Under the pieces are notes generated by a model. It searched no databases and had not been told where the DNA came from. It saw nothing but the letters and a program-made list of their open reading frames with translations. From assembly GCA_965220745.1 (NCBI GenBank), contig CBDCQT010000003.1, positions 1 through 64,000 of the forward strand: a DNA stretch of 64,000 bases. The letters are read 5' to 3'. The DNA is from Alphaproteobacteria bacterium. GTDB lineage: Bacteria; Pseudomonadota; Alphaproteobacteria; UBA828. How positions within the stretch are numbered: the first letter of the stretch is position 1; each line of letters opens with the position of its first letter. The translations under genes and the position numbers were made by a program. Below are positions 59,095 through 64,000 of this stretch, piece by piece.

Positions 59095-60153
59095 ATGCTC
59101 AAGTCAGCGCGGGTCTCCAACTATCGCGTTCTTGACGAGCTCTCCATCGATCACTTGAGTCGCGTCAATCTGATCGCGGGTCGCAACAATGCGGGAAAGA
59201 CGAGTCTGCTCGAAGCACTTTTCTTGTTGTCGGGGGCCGGTAATCCCCAGATGGCACTCAACTCGAACGTTATTCGTATGCCGGACTTGCCAATGTCTGG
59301 AACGCCGGAAATTTTGCGTGAAACTTACTGGAAGCCGATGTTCACCAAGCTCGATACCGATAGAGTCATCGAAATTGAGGGTGTGCACGCTATACGAGGC
59401 CCTCTAAACCTTCGGATGTTGCTGGAGCGGCCAACCGTCGTCGAGCTTCCTCTTGGAGACTCGAAAGAAATTTCGGCAAAGGACCTACACGGCGAACCAC
59501 CTTTTTTGCTTTCCTATAGAGGAGGCCCCGAGCCAGAGGTAGAGGGTCGTGTCAGGTATGCCGGACAGTCTATTCAGATTGACCAGCCCAACGTACCGGT
59601 GCCGTTTGATGCCGTGATTTTGCCGACGCAAGTTGTGAACCAACCGGATAATGCGGAACGCCTGAGCCGACTCAGGAAGCGTAAGCAGGATGCGCAGCTC
59701 TTCGCTGCCTTGAGGATAATCGAGCCGAGGCTGCAAAGCATCGAAGTCAATTCCGCAAGCGGCTTCCCCATGATATGGGGCGATATCGGCCTGCCCGAAC
59801 TCGTACCCTTAGCGATGATGGGTGAGGGCATGACCCGGCTCGCCCGGCTTGTATTGGCTATCGCGACCGTGCCGAGTGGCCTTGTGCTGGTGGACGAGAT
59901 TGAGACTGGCCTGCATCACACCGTCATGGGCGACGTTTGGCGTGCAATCGACGAGGCGGCAAAGCAGTTCGACACGCAGGTCGTCGCGACGACCCACAGT
60001 TACGAGTGCATTCGGGCTGCCCATGAGGCTCTCGGTAGTGGCGACGGTTTTCTACTTCACCGCTTGGAAGCTTCCGACGCGGGCAACCGCTGTGTTACGT
60101 ACCAGCCCGAGTCCATCGACGCTGCGATGCGCCATGACCTGGAGGTTCGTTGA
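59095..60153 (+). CDS. ABC-type (AAA_15/AAA_21-like) ATPase
   Basis: NLIAGRNNAGKTS Walker A, MGEG signature, LVLVDEIETGLH Walker B, TTHS H-loop; lower GC. Confidence 0.88.
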   Translation: MLKSARVSNYRVLDELSIDHLSRVNLIAGRNNAGKTSLLEALFLLSGAGNPQMALNSNVIRMPDLPMSGTPEILRETYWKPMFTKLDTDRVIEIEGVHAIRGPLNLRMLLERPTVVELPLGDSKEISAKDLHGEPPFLLSYRGGPEPEVEGRVRYAGQSIQIDQPNVPVPFDAVILPTQVVNQPDNAERLSRLRKRKQDAQLFAALRIIEPRLQSIEVNSASGFPMIWGDIGLPELVPLAMMGEGMTRLARLVLAIATVPSGLVLVDEIETGLHHTVMGDVWRAIDEAAKQFDTQVVATTHSYECIRAAHEALGSGDGFLLHRLEASDAGNRCVTYQPESIDAAMRHDLEVR

Positions 60154-60155
60154 GT

Positions 60156-60764
60156 ATGGCGCAGCCGACGCCGATTAGTAAGTCGATTCAACTTCTTGTT
60201 GAAGGAAAGGATCAACTGAATTTCTTTGAAGCGTTCATCCGACGTGTAGAGATCGAAAACGAGCTGCAGGTCCAAGATTTCGGTGGCGTTAGCGAGTTGC
60301 GGGGTTTCTTGCGCGCACTCGTCGATGCTCCAGGGTTCAATACGGTCGTCAGTGTGGGGATTATTCGCGACGCCGAGGAGAGTGCGGCGGGAGCGCGCCG
60401 AAGCGTTGAGAACTCGTTGCGGAATGCGGGACTTCCCGCGCCCGAAGACGCAAACGGCGGCGACGGACCGGCGGTACAATTGCTGATCTTGCCGGGAGGT
60501 AAGGAAGAACGAGGCATGCTGGAGACGCTTCTGTGTCGAAGTGTCGCGGATGAGCCCGTGAACGACTGCATTGATGATTTCTTTGGGTGCGCTGAAGCCA
60601 TGCTGGGCGTCGACATCCGTCGACCCGACAAGGCGCGCGCCCAAGCTTATCTGGCTACGCGGCCGGAGCCGCAAGTATCAGTCGGCGTGGCGGCACAGAA
60701 GGGCTATTGGCCACTGGATCACGGGGCTTTCGCTGAGGTGCGTGAATTCCTTGCGACGCTGTAG
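60156..60764 (+). CDS. TOPRIM-like DUF3226-type protein
   Basis: LLVEGKDQ, DFGG, IIRDAE, GMLETL, KARAQAYL; coupled to the ATPase. Confidence 0.72.
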   Translation: MAQPTPISKSIQLLVEGKDQLNFFEAFIRRVEIENELQVQDFGGVSELRGFLRALVDAPGFNTVVSVGIIRDAEESAAGARRSVENSLRNAGLPAPEDANGGDGPAVQLLILPGGKEERGMLETLLCRSVADEPVNDCIDDFFGCAEAMLGVDIRRPDKARAQAYLATRPEPQVSVGVAAQKGYWPLDHGAFAEVREFLATL

Positions 60765-60852
60765 GGCGCCGCGGCCGCTGGCGGGGCCGGCGGGGACGAA
60801 CCAAATAATCTGCATGCGGGTGGTGGCGACTCGGGTGCGTTTGATAAGGTAG

Positions 60853-62487
<1,635 letters not shown>

Positions 62488-62516
62488 AGTCGATCCGGGA
62501 ACGCAGCGAGGGCGAT

Positions 62517-63356
62517 GTGAGCGAGACGCCCGCCTCCGGCCGGGTGGCGATCGGCGACTTCGAGGTGGGTAACGCGCTGCCGCTCGCGCTCATCGCGGGC
62601 CCCTGCGCCATCGAGGGGCGCGACCACGCGCTCCGGGTCTCGGAGACGCTGGTGGAGATGACGGCGGCGCGGGGCATGCCGTTCGTCTACAAGAGCTCCT
62701 TCGACAAGGCTAACCGCACCTCGGCCGGGAGCCCGCGCGGCATCGGCATCGACGAGGGGCTCGCGATCCTGGAGGCGGTGCGCGAGGCCCACGGCTGCCC
62801 GGTGCTGACCGACGTGCACCTGCCAGAGCAGTGCGCGGCGGTGGCGCAGGCGGTGGACGTGCTCCAGATCCCGGCGTTCCTCTGCCGCCAGACCGACCTG
62901 CTGCTGGCGGCGGCGGCCACCGGCAAGGCCATCAACGTGAAGAAGGGCCAGTTTCTCGCGCCCTGGGACATGCGCCACGTGGTGGCGAAGATCGCCGACG
63001 CCGGCAATCGCCGGGTGCTGGTGTGCGAGCGGGGGGCGAGCTTCGGCTACAACACGCTGGTCTCGGACATGCGGAGCTTGCCGCTCTTGGCGGAGACCGG
63101 CTGCCCGGTGGTGTTCGACGCCACCCATTCGGTGCAGCAGCCGGGCGGACAGGGCTCGTCGAGCGGCGGGCAGCGGGAGTTCGTGCCCGTGCTTGCGCGG
63201 GCGGCGGTTGCGGTCGGCGTCGCGGCGGTGTTTATGGAGGCTCACCCGGCGCCCGAGGAGGCGCCCTCCGACGGCCCCAACATGGTGCCGCTGGATGCCC
63301 TGCCCGCGCTGCTCGACCGGCTGCTCGCCTTCGACGCGCTGGCCAAGAACTCGTGA
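62517..63356 (+). CDS. kdsA: KDO8P synthase
   Basis: [42 protein letters not shown]. Confidence 0.96.
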   Translation: MSETPASGRVAIGDFEVGNALPLALIAGPCAIEGRDHALRVSETLVEMTAARGMPFVYKSSFDKANRTSAGSPRGIGIDEGLAILEAVREAHGCPVLTDVHLPEQCAAVAQAVDVLQIPAFLCRQTDLLLAAAATGKAINVKKGQFLAPWDMRHVVAKIADAGNRRVLVCERGASFGYNTLVSDMRSLPLLAETGCPVVFDATHSVQQPGGQGSSSGGQREFVPVLARAAVAVGVAAVFMEAHPAPEEAPSDGPNMVPLDALPALLDRLLAFDALAKNS

Positions 63357-63367
63357 GGGAGAGAGCG

Positions 63368-64000
63368 ATGAGCGAGGGATGCGTGTTCATCGGCGGTGAG
63401 TACGTCGCGCCCGAGGACGCCAAGATGTCGATCTTCGACGCGGGCTTCGTCTGGAGCGATACGGTCTACGACGTGACTTCCACCTGGGCCGGCTGGTTCT
63501 TCATGCTGGACGAGCACCTGGAGCGTTTCGCGCGCTCCTGCGCGGGCTTCCGGCTGGAGAACCCCTATAGCGCCGACGAGATGCGCGGCATTCTCGCCGA
63601 ATGTGTGGCGCGGACCGGGCTCGACAACTGCTACGTGAAGATCCAGCTCACCCGCGGCGTGATCCAGAGCCAGACCCGCGATCCGCGCCTCGGGTCCCCG
63701 GAATTCGTGGCCTATGCCACGCCTTACGCCTGGATCTGGGGCGAGGAGAAGTGCCGTAACGGGGCAGCGCTCTACTTGAGCGGCGTCGAGCGGGTCTCGT
63801 CCAAGGCGATCGACGCCCGCTACAAGAACTACAACCGGGCGGACTTCGTACAGGCCCGCTTCGAGGCCTATGACAACGGCTGTGACGACGCGATCCTGGT
63901 GGGGGCCGACGGCTCGCTCACCGAAGGGCCGGGCTACAACATCTTCGTCGTACGCGACGGCGCGGTAGCATCGCCCGACGCCAACGTGCTGGAGGGGATC
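63368..64000 (+). CDS. Fold-type IV PLP aminotransferase ((R)-amine transaminase-like), runs off the window edge
   Basis: Manual translation MSEGCVFIGGEYV...SIFDAGFVWSDTVYDV...HLERF...LTRG...YKNYN...LTEGPGYNIF...VLEGI. Confidence 0.88.
   Translation, partial: MSEGCVFIGGEYVAPEDAKMSIFDAGFVWSDTVYDVTSTWAGWFFMLDEHLERFARSCAGFRLENPYSADEMRGILAECVARTGLDNCYVKIQLTRGVIQSQTRDPRLGSPEFVAYATPYAWIWGEEKCRNGAALYLSGVERVSSKAIDARYKNYNRADFVQARFEAYDNGCDDAILVGADGSLTEGPGYNIFVVRDGAVASPDANVLEGI

Overview
GC-rich alphaproteobacterial chromosomal window (Rhodospirillales-like gene content; lineage inferred). In order: a cobalamin biosynthesis cluster under a B12 riboswitch (cobU/P, BtuF-like, cobW, cobN, cobO, cobQ, inverted cobD, cbiX, cobH, cobL, cobI, partial cbiG); a low-GC islet next to tRNA-Arg(CCG) with a small ORF and a ClpP-class (SDH_sah) protease; an orphan phage Mu gp27-like (DUF3486) gene between ~120-bp palindrome-rich direct repeats; SDR; glnT/gmaS; tRNA-Leu(CAA); ppx-ppk1-hda-DUF2066/purN; a phasin with PhaR-type boxes; an SDR + luciferase-like monooxygenase + Liv-type ABC cluster; yggS/thiE-like; an IS5-type mini-element and an intact IS3 element; sulfotransferase; moeA-moaC-trpC-trpD. 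A ~13.5-kb accessory block follows, with a TPR/2OG oxygenase, a Urt-type amide ABC transporter, both N,N-dimethylformamidase subunits, a Rieske-oxygenase homologue with rewired ligands, a small hypothetical and a Sel1 protein. The window ends with ppiD, tpiA, secG, an inserted ABC-ATPase + TOPRIM-like pair, pyrG, kdsA and a partial fold-IV aminotransferase. Best candidates for something new: the DMFase/pseudo-Rieske operon, the repeat-flanked DUF3486 cassette, and the two-gene protease and ATPase islets. All calls come from motif recognition by eye; no searches were run.
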